A stretch of 64,000 nucleotides of DNA from Bugula neritina. Its lineage: Eukaryota; Animalia; Bryozoa. The translations under genes were made by a program, and so were the position numbers. Under the pieces are notes generated by a model. It ran no database searches. It was not told where the DNA came from and saw nothing but the letters and a program-made list of their open reading frames with translations. Each line of letters starts with the position of its first letter. Within the stretch, counting starts at the first letter, position 1. Below are positions 13,101-26,400 of the stretch, piece by piece. Location: NCBI GenBank assembly GCA_964035545.1, contig OZ037768.1:10262741-10326740 (forward strand), read 5' to 3'.

Positions 13101-15412
13101 TATCCATATACTGTTCCTTAATATCTTGGTGATAATCAGTGCTACTGTAACTTATAATACTTTTATAGTAGACCTATTATCTATTCAGCCGTAGCTTGAT
13201 TTATCAAGTTCAGCCATATTTGTTGCCAAAACTTACCGTGTTATCAAAATGCAGGACTGAGAGAATTATGTTTGTATGCTGACTTTATTATTATTGGGAA
13301 TTTAGTTGACTTTAAGATTAAATGCTTTGAATTGGATTTTAATCCTCAAATATGGGAGTTCATAGTTGGTAAATATTATATGGCTTTACGTAAGAAAATA
13401 GTAGAAAGTCCTTATTATTATATGACCATTCTATTCAGTCATGTGTTTAGCCCTTCAGGCAATATTTATTCATTACTTACAAGGCTTTTCAAAGTTATAA
13501 TAAGACATGGATTAAAGATTTAAACCCAGGCAACAGCTGTTTAATTTATAAGTTAGCTCCTATTGCTTACTATATACTCAGCTCAAATGTTATGACTAAT
13601 ATACTGGTCTATGTTTTATTGCCATCATCTTAAATCTGATTACTTTGTGAATTTATACAAATTTTTTATAAGCATGCTATGTTTTTATATAAGCATGTTA
13701 TAGCATGTGGAGAAAAGCTATGAGAAGTGGTTTAATTTATCACTTAATCAATGTAACTAAACATCAGTAGTTATAGGTGCTTTTTTGTATAAACTACATG
13801 TGAAAGCGATTTTTCACATTACTGTTAATACTTCATAGCCATGGTTTTTTCTGCTAGTTAGCAGAGTGCAGACAATAGAGACTGGCTGTATTCTGCTGCA
13901 ATTGATAGGTTTTACTAATAGTGTACATCGTATTAATGTCTATCGTTGATCTTTATTAACAGAATTATTGCAAATAGTTCCTTCATTTCTCTCTTTTATT
14001 ATGTTCTGCCCAAATTTGTGTAGGGTATTATCTTGAACAAAATTTTCATAAAAGAGCGGGGAATTTATTTAGGAAATATCTGTCTTTGTCTAAGAAATAA
14101 ATGGAAATATAATTGCTAACTGCCTTGTTACCAGCTTAGGTTTTGGTTTCTTAGCTTTTCTGCTGATACAGTCATTTTCATGCATCAAAATTACTTGATG
14201 CAGTTTTTTCGTTCTCATCACTCAAGTCTCCAGGAGTCATTTTAACTGTTGGTTTTTAGATCTGCAGGAAAAGCTAGCAGCTAAAGAAAAGAATAATGAA
14301 AGACTAATGGAGATGTATAAAAAGACAAGTTTAGAGTTTAGGCAAATTGTTTATCAACTCACTGGATTTAGAATTGATGTACCAAGAAGTAAAAATTATA
14401 AACTTTTGAATATGTATTCCAATTCTCCCGACGATTACCTCATCTTTCAGGTATGTTGAAGTGTACCGATAAGTTTTTGTTAAAAGCTTTCTCTATGTAA
14501 TTTGATGTTAAACTATTTTTTAATTTAATTTTAACAAAAACCTACGTATCACGTTCAAACTAATTAAAGTTCATTATTCTTGTTATGCTTGTCCTATAAT
14601 CTTCATTTTTTACAGTTTGGTTAGAATTGTACAATTCGCCCATTTATGCATCCACATCGGCCTAGCAAACATACTGGAACTTGTGTCGGAAGCCTAAACA
14701 TATGCATTTAAAACACATATGACATGTATATATAAACATATCATTTAGTAATGGTTTTTACCTTTGCCTACAAATATTTCACACATCAAAATATGAATTA
14801 TTATTAGGGCACATTTATTTGGATAAGCACCAGTAAAAGCTAAATTGCAACTGTCAATATATAATCTAATTATATGTTTGGCCAAAAATTGTAGCCTATG
14901 TAATCACATATTGTATAATATACTATCTACAAACCAAAATGCAAGGTCTAGAATGTTGAGCAGCTTTAGAGTAAGAAAACAAACATTACTTTGAAGTCAA
15001 GGCACATTTTCCTGTTATTGGAAATATTATTAAAAATCTATAGCCGAATTACTATGTTTCAAGAAAGAAATGATGTAATCTCAAGTATGCACATCCTTAC
15101 TTGAAGTGGCGCATGTCAAACCTAATTTCTAACATATGGTTGTTTGTTGACCAATAAAAAATGACCTCTGCTACCAGTTGTTAGCAAACTATAAAAAATG
15201 CTAACCTATTGACCTGATTATTGATACCACAAAGCTCTTGGTTGTAGGAATCAAGCGAGGGAGAGTTACAGCTACTAGAGAATGACTATGCTGTTACAGT
15301 AGCAGAAATGGCTGAAGAATATTTACAAGGACAAGGTTCTATCCCTATATTTCTCAGCAACTTAACTATTGAGCTCTTCAAACAGACAACCATGATGGCC
15401 TCTATGTCTTAG
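7193..15412 (+). CDS. MAD1L1: Mitotic spindle assembly checkpoint protein MAD1 (~725 aa)
   Basis: Exons 7193-7349, 7470-7621, 7736-7918, 8268-8392, 9350-9562, 9853-9967, 10526-10563, 10901-10987, 11188-11332, 11684-11878, 12066-12248, 12507-12735, 14260-14450, 15248-15412; all GT-AG and phase-consistent (2178 nt). Long coiled coil; LLTKERDGYKKILESYESE; GDYDPTKTKVLHFTRNP (MAD2-binding motif); C-terminal EFRQIVYQLTGFRID...SIPIFLSNLTIELFKQTT. Confidence 0.95.
12304..12362 (-). mobile_element. 3'-tail fragment of the SINE family seen at 40051 and 57627
   Basis: aagtttatagttgccattcctgtgcgaaacccctgg...gaaagggtgttt resembles aagtttatagtcgctatccctgtgagaaacccctgttggaaagggttt at ~40059. Confidence 0.6.
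12850..13085. repeat. (TAG/TAC/TAT)n compound microsatellite in MAD1 intron
   Basis: Repeating agtactagtattagt units; the Leu/Ile/Val ORF at 12842-13078 is an artefact of it. Confidence 0.9.
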
Positions 15413-15847
15413 TCACTTCATGTTTAGTTATTCAATACTGGCACACAAAGACTATTTTTACTTTTGCTTATGTAAATAGAAAGACGCTTTATTTTATTGT
15501 AAATGTTATGTATGTACAATATGTATACATGTCTCACCATTAGCTTACTTAGCCTTATCATTGGCTTTATTCAGGATTGTCATTGTCTAAGTTTCTTATC
15601 AATTTGTTAATATCAAGTGTTGCTATTTGCTATGGATTGCAATTACTAATTTTATTAATCAATATGACACCCAACAACATTTTCCATAAAATGAGCTGAT
15701 GTAAATAATATAAACATGCAAAATAAATAAAAAAATCTAGATTAAGTTTTATAGCTGGTTTAGTTCCAATGTGTATATAAGTATTTTTAGTGTCACCTGT
15801 TTTACGTAATTATGTAAGCACTAAGTAATGCTAATATTGATCTACCA

Positions 15848-17766
15848 CTACAGTTGCAGGAATTGCTGTGTTTTATTTTTCTCAACATTTGTATTAGTCA
15901 CTGAGAGTTGTTTATTTGGTTCTACACTATTTACCCTGGACATAAGATCCTGGGTCCGTTTGCTGTCTTCTAAAACAGGCACCAATGCTGACTCTACCTT
16001 CTGTTTCTCAGTCCGTCTGCTATCTATCACTTGTTCAAGTTTTTCGCACTTTGACTGTACTTGGTCAGTATACCTTATCATGCAAGGCTTTACTTCCAGT
16101 TCTATACTCAAGTCTTCAACTAGTAAACTTTTCTCATATACATGAACTTGTATATCTTGTTGAAGTTTAAGTACTTGCAGCTCATTGGCATGGATCAACT
16201 TCAACACCTCTTTTCTCTTCTCCGAACTTGTCTGAACATTTTCTATATTTTCTTTGAGCTTTTTTGTTTCCACCTGCAGGAAGTGTACTTTGGATTTAAG
16301 TTGGCGTATTGTGTAATCCAGCTGGTGAGATTTAGACATTAGCTCATTCGGCCTCTCTTCTCTGTCAGCCAGCAACTCTAAATCTGTCGACTCTGCTTGT
16401 AGCTCCTGTTCTTCAGTCTTAATCTGCTCACTCAACCCTGAAAGTTTCTCTGTTAACACAGATTTCACTCTTAGTAATTTATTGTGTTTGGTTTCTAAAT
16501 CAAATGTCTTGCTGTTGGCACTCGCTAGCCACATCTGAGACAATGCGGCTGCAGTGCTACACTTGAGTAGTATATCCGGAACCAGGCGCAAAATATTGGT
16601 TAGCTCTTTGGGACATTGGGGAGACAAGTGTAGTTCACTTTTTAAAGAGTATAATGTAGGGTTGATTTCGTTTTCATCTTCAAGCAGCAGCTGCCAATGC
16701 TGCCTAAGGCATGCAATTCTAGATGCTATGTTGTCTACTTCAGTAAAATCATACAGATCTTTCACATCTGGTAAATCATTTTTAAATCTCAACACAGAAG
16801 AGGCACTGGTGATTCTAGGTTCTTTTTCTTCAGATTTTTCTGTCTCAGTGTTGTCATTTACCTTCTCACTTCTCGTCTTTGTATGTTGGTGCAGCTTTGC
16901 TAACGGCAAGTAAATTCTCTGGTCATAATTTGTTTTCAACTCTTTTAGATATTCCATGTTGTCTATAAACCAATTGATGTAGACTGTGGTAGGTAAACTG
17001 CTATCTGATACCTTAACAAACTTCTTGAGTTGGTATAAAGAAGTAAGGTATTTGCCATCAACTCTTACTTGGCTAAGCATGCTTTCAGCTAGTTGACTAG
17101 AAAAGGACTGCTGACAAAGTCTAGCTTTTTCTTGAAAAGCATCTATCTGTAGTCTAATCCAATTGCTTTTCTCTTCATCACTCAGCATCTCTAATTTTGA
17201 CTGCATGAATATAAAAAAAATATTTTTACAGCAGAATTTCAGTATGTCCAGTATCAGGTCAGTACCACGTGCAACATTATAACTTGATCAAAAGTGAAAT
17301 TATAATAAAATCAAATATAATTTCCTGTTAATATCCTTGTTGCTAGTTATTGGATGTACCTTCTACTACAACCGTAGGTACTGCTTAAAAACAGGTAAAT
17401 GACATTTACGCCCAAGTCCCAACGTAATAGGTATAACATAAGTGCCAATTTCAAAAGTTGTGTTAAGCCCCATGCTTTATAAAAAAAATTGACTGGGCCA
17501 GTTTGTTTACACTAAGCAATTTTGCCATTGGTTACATCGGGGTAAATTTACTGCAAGCACAAAGTTCTCTTAGAATCTGTGATTGATGATTCAAGCTGTG
17601 TACATGCTTATGCAATTTTACAGAATGTAGTAGGTTATATAGCAGAACTTGCCTGTATTTTAATGCTATCTGGAGACTTGGATACCCTTTCTGTGTGAGG
17701 AGTGTCTATCTTTAAATATAACCTTTTCTCTTCATTATCTGAAGGTGAAATGGTCTTGGCTGCCAT
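15848..17766 (-). CDS. Uncharacterised coiled-coil protein (~488 aa), two coding exons
   Basis: Exon 1 17766-17653 (MAAKTISPSD...DSIKIQ, 38 codons), donor CAG|GCAAGT, acceptor ttcatgcag| at 17200, phase 0 into a 1353-nt exon. N-terminal half looks globular-helical; C-terminal half is heptad-rich (E/K/L/Q). Confidence 0.8.
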
Positions 17767-18473
17767 ATTGTCTTGCTGCCGCTGTCAGCTTTGTATGCCC
17801 GTTGCCAGTGCACTCACTAACACCGCACAGCACTAAACTTAATCACGTTAGTGAAATTTAAGATAGCTAGCCTAATGCCTGCATACAATAAATACTTATT
17901 TACTCAATAATTCCAATTAAACACCATTAAAGCACACAATAGACTATTTGCTTGATTAGTGATAATAATCTGCATGGCTAGTAGTCTATGAAATTACTAT
18001 AAAACTGATCAAGTCATGTTTTTTACAATTACGTTTTATACACAACAAATTATCAATCGTCAAACGGCCATCACACCTGTACCTATTGTTGATATGCTTC
18101 ATATTTTATAGTTTATAGCCAAGTCTAAAAATGATCCTTCATACTATTTTGTTCTTAAGTATAATTTCACAAATCTGAAGCCCAACATAGTACATACTTA
18201 TGCACAGGTATGTTAGTTTCAACCAACCGTGAATTTTCTTTACGAAATTTAGAATATTTAGAGAAGCTATATTTATAGAAGTTAGAATGCACAGTTTAAT
18301 AATTTACGAAAGCTGATGAACTATATTTCTACCCTAAATTAAAAATTGAAATAAGACTCACCTGCATGCAAAAAACTAGTTTTGCTCTACACAATGTACA
18401 ATTTTTCTATTAGTTGCGGTGTTAAAATTGCAAAATAAATGTTTTGTAGTTAGTATATTATATACTAGAGATT

Positions 18474-18762
18474 ACTAACCGAGAGGTACTAAAAAAAAGC
18501 TTGTTTACCAGATGAATTTGAGATGGCTAGGATATCTGGAGAGGTTGGATCATAGCAGTTTACCTAGACAAATCAAGGAAGGCCCAGACTGAGATTTATG
18601 TAAAGACACTGTGAAGCGAAATGTATGAAAAAGATAGACATGGACAGAGATAGCTAGCAAAGGAAGGTTTATAAATGCAGAGATAGATGGAGATGTCTGA
18701 TTTAACTAAATTAAAAATAGTAATTGTCTCACCTACAAACTTCTATGGTGATGATGATGGTG
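18474..18762 (+). mobile_element. 5'-truncated RTE-clade LINE 3' end
   Basis: Degenerate LRWLGYLERLDHSSLPRQ...GRPRLRF..KDTVKRN...DRWRCLI (RTE C-terminal signature), (GAT)n tail, 13-bp target-site duplication TATACTAGAGATT at 18461-18473 and 18763-18775. Confidence 0.8.
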
Positions 18763-20123
18763 TATACTAGAGATTTATTAGTAAATGTGCAATAATTAAT
18801 ATCTGACGTATAGGTAGTTTAGCTGTAGTATTCAGAGTGCAGACTTAATTAGCTGATTAGCCCAAACCCTTTGCCCATCAATAGAATAAAAAGCTTTAAA
18901 AGTTACTCAAACTAAATTAGAATTCTTACTTTACAACAAAGAAATTAAAAGCTGTCAAATGACTATGAACACAAACCCTCTAAAAGCTGGAATGAACATA
19001 ATTTGCTTATTTACATGCAATTGATCACCACTGTTTATGCCATATAATGCATCATAGCTTATTATTTTTCATTTCAATTCTGTCATTTATCAAAAAATTG
19101 CTCACAATATATTAAATATCTACCTAATATGCTAAAAACTATTATAGGAAGTATATATTTCAATTAGTTTTTTGAGCAGTCGAATGCTTGACTGCGTGAT
19201 AGATTGGTCATGCTTTCTTGAGGTAATTAATAACTTTAATACCAGTTTACTGAGGCGTTGGCACTATCAACAGATGACTCAAGTGTTATTTTACTTAAGG
19301 TTACTAAAAATAACTATATAAACCTATAGGCTATATATAGCATACACGTTGTGTTACTGATCATTGCAATCCACAATTCGCATTACATTATATTTGTTTG
19401 CATTAACTAAATGTACCAGAATGTTTGTGTTCAAAAAACCTTTACCACAAGGAGTTCTCACATGCAGGGGGATGCAGGCTATAAACACATGTGAGTGTTA
19501 TTTGTGATTACATATTATTGATTTACAATTAAACAATCATGGTCAGTTTTACAGTGAAGTTGAGTATACTAATGTATTACATGATTAGCAAATTTGCAGG
19601 CAGTCGTTAACAATGATAATGAAGTAAGTAAAAGACCCAAAGAAACTAATGTTATTTGTGTCCCTATAACTAATTTAACACAAATTAATTACTTTATAAT
19701 GAATAGTTTGACAGCAATCTATATCAGTCATTTTATTATTAGCCATCACTCATCGAATTCTATTTTTATTGTGTAGACCCATTATCATATTTACAACCAT
19801 TATGCTATGTATTATATTGCATATCATTTGGTTATATTTTAGCCCAATCCTTGAGTTCAAGAGTGAGACAGAATGCACATCACATTAAAGAGTTGAGATG
19901 TAACAATCTATAAGCCTATATATTGTCTTTACTCACTAATGCATCATAAACATATAAATATTATCTATATCATTTGGCTTAATAATAATTCTGAAATTTT
20001 TGAGGATCATAATGTCACAATTACAGCTCGACAGATTTAAAAATATAAGAAGAAGCTTTAGCAAGAGAAGTTATTCATCATGAACAATATTAATCATACT
20101 CTAAACCCCAAACTTGTAGTATA

Positions 20124-21313
20124 CAGGGTTGGGGTCAATTACATGTAAATGTAATTAATTACAATTACAATTACATGAAGATTTGTCAATTACAATTACA
20201 ATTATAATTACAGTTAAAAGGTAATGTAATTAATTACAATTACAATTACATGGTGATGTAATTAATTACAATTACAATTACTTTTGTTTTCACAAGGGAT
20301 AACTAGAAGTTATACAATGTCACTTCTAGGGTCCAACTACCAGGGGCAATGTTGACAGTGGTGAACCTCCTTTGTACCCAATAGTAACACTATAGGATCA
20401 ATCCATGCCAAATCAACCAAATTTTAAGGGGTCCCACGCCTTTGCTTCTCAGATTTTGCTTATATTTACACATGTCCGGTGTACTATCCGTGAATATTTC
20501 TGACATGACACAAAAACCTTTTGAGAAATGACTAGATTTGCAGACAAAGGTTAGGAAAACTTTTGAGGAAAATTTGTGATTTCTACTTTCAGACCAACTC
20601 ATAAATGTCCTATCTCAACCATTTTTTTAGACTGAGCTTTAAAAATTGATGTGGGAGATATTTAAATTTTTTCCAAAATTTACAAAAATTTGCCCATATT
20701 CAATGGTTTAGCATATTTGCACACAAACTGCTCTGTAGTATGTGTTGCTACTAGTGCAAGCTGATGAGTATTATCAAATCGCACAACAAATTTTAAGACT
20801 TAGTCTAGAAAAATGGTTGAGATATAGACATTTATAAATTGCTCTGAAAGTAGAAATCACTAATTTTCTTTAAAGTTTTTCCTAACCTTTGTCCACAAAT
20901 GTAGTCATTTCTCAAAAAAGTTTTCTGTCAGGCCAAAAATATTTAAGAAAAGTGCTCAGGACATATGTAGGCTTATTTGGTGTAAATATGAACAAACTCT
21001 GAGACACAACAGCACCGACCATGTGGTGAGTTAGCATGGAATGACCCTATACTATACTGACTTAATCTGAACTTATTATTTAACAGTAGATATGGTAGAA
21101 AAAGAATAAATTTTTCAAGATTTAAAAGTTTGAAGTAATTGACATGTAATTATAAAGTAATTGTAAAATTCAATTACATTAGCAATGTAATTAATTACAA
21201 TTACAATTACAATTACATTTTTATACATCAATTACAAATTACATTCAATTACTTGAAAAAATGTAATTAATTACAACCAATTACAATTACAAATTGCAAT
21301 TACCCCAACCCTG
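20124..21313. mobile_element. Non-autonomous hAT-type DNA transposon (MITE)
   Basis: TIR CAGGGTTGGGGT...ACCCCAACCCTG, subterminal (AATTAC)n arrays, exact 8-bp TSD GTAGTATA at 20116-20123 and 21314-21321. Confidence 0.9.
20395..21047. mobile_element. Foldback/MITE nested inside the hAT element
   Basis: Termini ggatcaatccatgc.../...gcatggaatgaccc flanked by TATA on both sides; long imperfect internal inverted repeat (~20500-20635 vs ~20800-20930). Superfamily not assigned. Confidence 0.8.
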
Positions 21314-23189
21314 GTAGTATAAGTAAGAATTTTTAAAATTCTTCCATTTGCAACAGTTGGATAAATTGTTAAGTGGTCCTTGTAAAAATATCCAACCTAC
21401 TTAGACAGATAAAATTCTTGTTGTACATAAAATCAGGGTATGTGTAACTGCCTTTTTAGATAATAAATAAATTTTTATTATATATGTGTTTAGTTTATTG
21501 TACTAATCATCATTGTAAAACTGCAAAGTGATTAACAATAATGAATCAAAATACACAAGTATAACTATAGCAATATTGCATTAAAATGCAGGTTATTTAA
21601 CTAGAATTTCTACAAAGGGTATTATGTGAATATAGGTTTAAAAAATACAACACAATCTCCTTATGGGAGATTTAGAATCAAACGATTTTTAGAAAAAATA
21701 AACTGAAATAATGAAATAATGAAAACACACTTCATTGCAACCTGTGAAAACCCTCTGATGAAGCAGTAATATCATGCATTCTTATTTCCTTAGATGTGGT
21801 TTTGTAATTATAAAGGTTAATTGGAATGAACCAAATAAATAGCTCTATGGTTAAATGTGTGGCAGTGGTTAAATTAGCAGCTGGAGGTTACTGCAAACAG
21901 ATACATGTAGTTCAAAATGAAAATTCTATGTTCAATAACATCACAGTGTGACTGTGGCTAACACCATTAACACCATAGATTAATAATAATTGTTATATTC
22001 ATAGTAATACTGATGTCAATATCATAGTTATATTATAGGCAGATTTAGAAATCCTAGCAGCTATTTAGGTTATTACTGGAAGGGTAATCTAAATTACAAC
22101 CAGCAGTATAAATTATATTTATATCAGGCATTGCTGTAGGTGCAACAATGCAAACAGTAATGTTGTTAAAGAAGAGAAGTTGTAACTTCTTTTAAAAAAG
22201 ATGCTACTAATCTTGCACAGCAAAAATAAAATCAATCTCAACATAAAAATTGCTGATCACATGCTGATTGAATTGCTATAATAGTTCTGATTTATCTAAA
22301 CTTTGTAAACAATTTCTCAACACAAAAGCTACAGAAACAGTATTTCTAAGTATAGGAAACTATCTGTTATTTAATATATTTCTGTATTTAATACTTAAAA
22401 ATGAAGAGCAAAACATAAAGACAGCACTGTCAAACTTGTGTGTGTTTAAGACATTGAAATTAAATTATCATTGTGTACTTGTTGTAGTCAGAAATTCATT
22501 ACTTTTATCATTCTGCATTAAAAGTGCATGATACTATAAGTTACCATGTACATATAAAACACCAAATAACAAGATATAACTCTCACACAATTCCCACCTT
22601 AACACATATTCACATTTGCTTTGGGAAAAAAGATATAAAATAAAAACATCAACATAATCTTAAACTATGAACATGCATTTCAAAATCAGAAATCAAGAAT
22701 AAGGTAATTATGAACATGATTTAGTTTAGCTACATTGCAATACAATATTAATTGTTAATCACTATCAATATAATAATAGTTATACTTATAATGCATCAAA
22801 TAATGAAATATCGCCATCTGAAAGTGAACCTAAATTGCAAAAAATCAACTGTAACTAATATGTAGCAACATTATTGATAAACTAAAATTTGAAGTATATT
22901 AATTATTATATTAATATTTATTAGGTTAAATTCAACATTAAATTTAACTCGCCAACTGTAAGTATTACCATTAGTATTAGTATTACTATTACAAATACAT
23001 CAGGCTTAGCTTTTGGCTTTAGATAATCATAATAGTAATACTAATAGTAATACTAATACTAATAGTAATACTAATTAGTAATTAATAAATATAATAGCAG
23101 GGAATAAATTTGGAATAAAAAATTAATACTAAAATGAAACAATCAAATATATAATATTAATATCAAAATTTCAAATCAGATTGTAGTTT

Positions 23190-23385
23190 ACGTTGACGTC
23201 CGTCACCAGTGTGAGTGTGCTTGTATGTATACGCCATACTTATGTTGATGACCGAGAACTGAAGAGAGTGCTTTCGCTTTCGGTTTATGGGCGCGGCCAT
23301 GTTTTATCACGTGACAACTTACTTGCCCAATTGGAAATGTGTTTACTTCTATTTTCGACTCGCCATTTTTCAGTCGCCATCATAT
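23190..23385 (+). promoter_or_regulatory. Probable MED13 promoter/5' UTR
   Basis: CpG-enriched island in AT-rich DNA, 110-300 nt before the ATG; TGACG half-sites, E-box TCACGTGAC (~23307), and several YY1-like GCCAT motifs (cgccatactt, cggccatgtt, cgccattttt). Confidence 0.55.
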
Positions 23386-23496
23386 TTTTTGTTAATTTTC
23401 TGTTTTTGTGAAATAACTTGCCAAATCAAATTAACGGGAACTTTGACATTGCTAACGCATCTCTGTGCTGTGTGCTGCACCTGTAATGGAGCAAAT

Positions 23497-26400
23497 ATGA
23501 CCAGTCAAAATATTGCAGGGAATAGCAGCAGACTTAGTCTTGAGAATTGTTATACCAACATTTTTGCATTGGTAAGGATTTGCACTTGCAGTTTGAGTTA
23601 GTTAGTTACTGAGAGTCAGTCGGAGTGAGAGTGCGAGTCACCCTCCAGTGAAAGCCTGAGTTTGTCACATTGTGATGGACTTTCACAGGTCATTCTGACT
23701 CTGGGTGACTGTGTGTATGTCACGTACTTGTTGTGGCTAGTCTGATTTATCAGGCATTTCAACAGTTTAAAATTGAATTAAAATAATCTTAATCATATTG
23801 ATATTTATCATCAGTGATAATGGTTGATGATTTATGATAATAGATATAATAATCACATCCCAAAGCTGAAAACCAATAGTTAACCCACTGTAAAATAAAA
23901 GTACCAATGGGTATAACTAATGAGTAATAATTAAATTGGTGAATAAAACTCCAATTTCCCTTAAATTTGAATTTCTTTTTAATTATAACACTTCGAGTTT
24001 GTGGCGATACTTGTACTTGTAGACCATCTAACTTCTTAGAGCTGGCATGTGCTTATAAGTTTAAGTTATTTCATATTTGTTATTTAACTTTTCTAGTTTT
24101 AGTTTTTTTGTTTAACTTATTAATTTGCATCTTAATCTTTTTGCAACTAAGTCTAAAGGTTGAAGTAACACCTATTCTCAATATATAGTGTTAAATATGA
24201 TTTGATAATGTTCCTAAATAAAAAAACTATGATGATAATTTGAAAACAATGAGTACTGGCTGTAAAATTCTTAAATGACCAAGTACCAGAGTTTATTTAG
24301 ATTTGATCCATTTGTTCTACTTTTGACTTACTCTTAGTAACTGGATTGTGAAATCAATTGGTAGCAACCTAGTTATTTCAAAGATACTTTTTGAATATTC
24401 AAATTGAAGCTAGAATTTTGGTATGAGCAAGCTCCTATTTTTAAGTAGGGAATAAAATTTCAAATATTTATATATTATAATTAACTGTACAATTAAGTCA
24501 TTTTTCTAATACAACTCATATTCTAATTTTCATTAGACTATATTACCAATTCATAGGTACTTATACTGGCTCCATATAAAGTTCAAGAAAAATTTTAAGT
24601 ATTTTAGCTGTATGGTTTAAGGCATTTAATAAAGTTAAACCTTTTGCTTTTAGTAATTGAGAGTGGATTTGGAATTTACTTAATTATACAGGGAAATATT
24701 GTTGGTGTGTTTTAGACCGACCTTGCAGGGATAAGATGGAGGCGGCTACGTTCTCAGATGGGTTCCAACATAAATGTTCTAGATGACCCAGTGTTGTCAT
24801 CTTATGCAAAATGTTTAAAGGCTGATATGCTTTGCTCATGGGCGCGAGTTCCTATCACAGATGGCACTCCCCCACCAGATAACTTTATGGGTTATGCTAA
24901 AGAGCTTTGGGTTTTTTGGTATGGTGATGAACCCACTAGCCTGCAAACCCATTTGGCTGCGGAGCTACAAGGTGAGAAACAACATATTTTGTTTCAATTC
25001 TAATAGCCACTAATGCAATCTGAAACTAGACGTTTTATCAGTGACTTATTTAAAAACAAAATCACTATTTGACATTTGAACTTTAGTAACTAGTAATTAG
25101 ATTATTTTCAGAGTGTTATTATGTATGGATGTTAATAGTAGCCAACTTTTCAGTTATACTATTAGCTTTGAACATTGTTATTTTTTATTTTGAAATTGCG
25201 TATTAGAGAGATGAGTGTATATGTATTTCTTAACCTTCACACTACTTATAACTATTTTAGAGTCAGAGCAAGGAAGCTGGGAGACAACTCTGCTTAGCTA
25301 TGAATGCCGGACTTTTTTATTCAAAGCTTTACACAATGTTATAGAAAGGTTTGCAAATGCTAGTTTGCCATTTTTGTATAGCACGACTCTGCTCTGGCAC
25401 ACTGGATATGACTTGATGATTTATTTCTCAATATTTCTGCCATTTCATTACTGTGATTATTTTGATAAAAATTACTAGTTGCTTTGACAAATGCTATTTT
25501 CACTAATGTGGGTGGGTTTTTCTGTAGATGTCTTCTTGCCAAAAACTTCCTAAGAATTGGGAAATGGTTTGTTCAGCCTCATGATGGAAGTGATACAGAG
25601 ACAAAATGGTAAGCATGAAGATTTTATTAATTAATGAATTGGATACTTGAGCTGCATCTATCAGATAGCTAGTAATACTGTTGTTAACTAGGTTTCTAGA
25701 GCACTCTATTGGGGCTTGTGTTGTACAACTCTAATCAATCTGTGGTTGTTTTTCATCTATGAGTGACAGTCAATTTCTTCCATCGACAACTCAACTTGGC
25801 TCTGTTCCCATTCACTTGCTAGAAAAATGGGGGGAAGGGGAGGTAATCCATCTTATAAGTTTAAACTACAGGTGTTGATGTAATGCAAGCAAACGGGAAG
25901 CTTCATTTTTACTATTTTATTTTTGTGTAGACATAATTAAATCAATATGAAGATGTATAAGTATATCCACTCAACTAATAAGAATCACTGAATCAATTAA
26001 TATAGTCTCAGAATATCAGTGGTAGTGATTTATCTTTCCACTAGAAATCTTGTAGCAGTCACTGGTGTGTTGCCATTTGATATATGATTTTGTTTGTAGC
26101 TCACCGTTGTCTTTCTCGTTTGAAAACTTTTTCCTTCATGGAGAAAGCACGGTCTGTGTTAGTGTTAATGTGGAGAGAAGAAACCAGCTTTATCGGCTCA
26201 GCTCCCAGCTGCTAAAACAGGCTAGAGATGGTCAAAGCTCTACAGGTTAGTTGTTTGTGCCATTTATAAACTGTATACAGTGCGGTATATCTATAGCACC
26301 AGAATATCCCTTTGGAGATAACAAGCATATAGATAACAGTCTGCTTGATATGAGTGTCATGCTGCTTATGTAATAATGCCCATTATAATAATATGCTATT

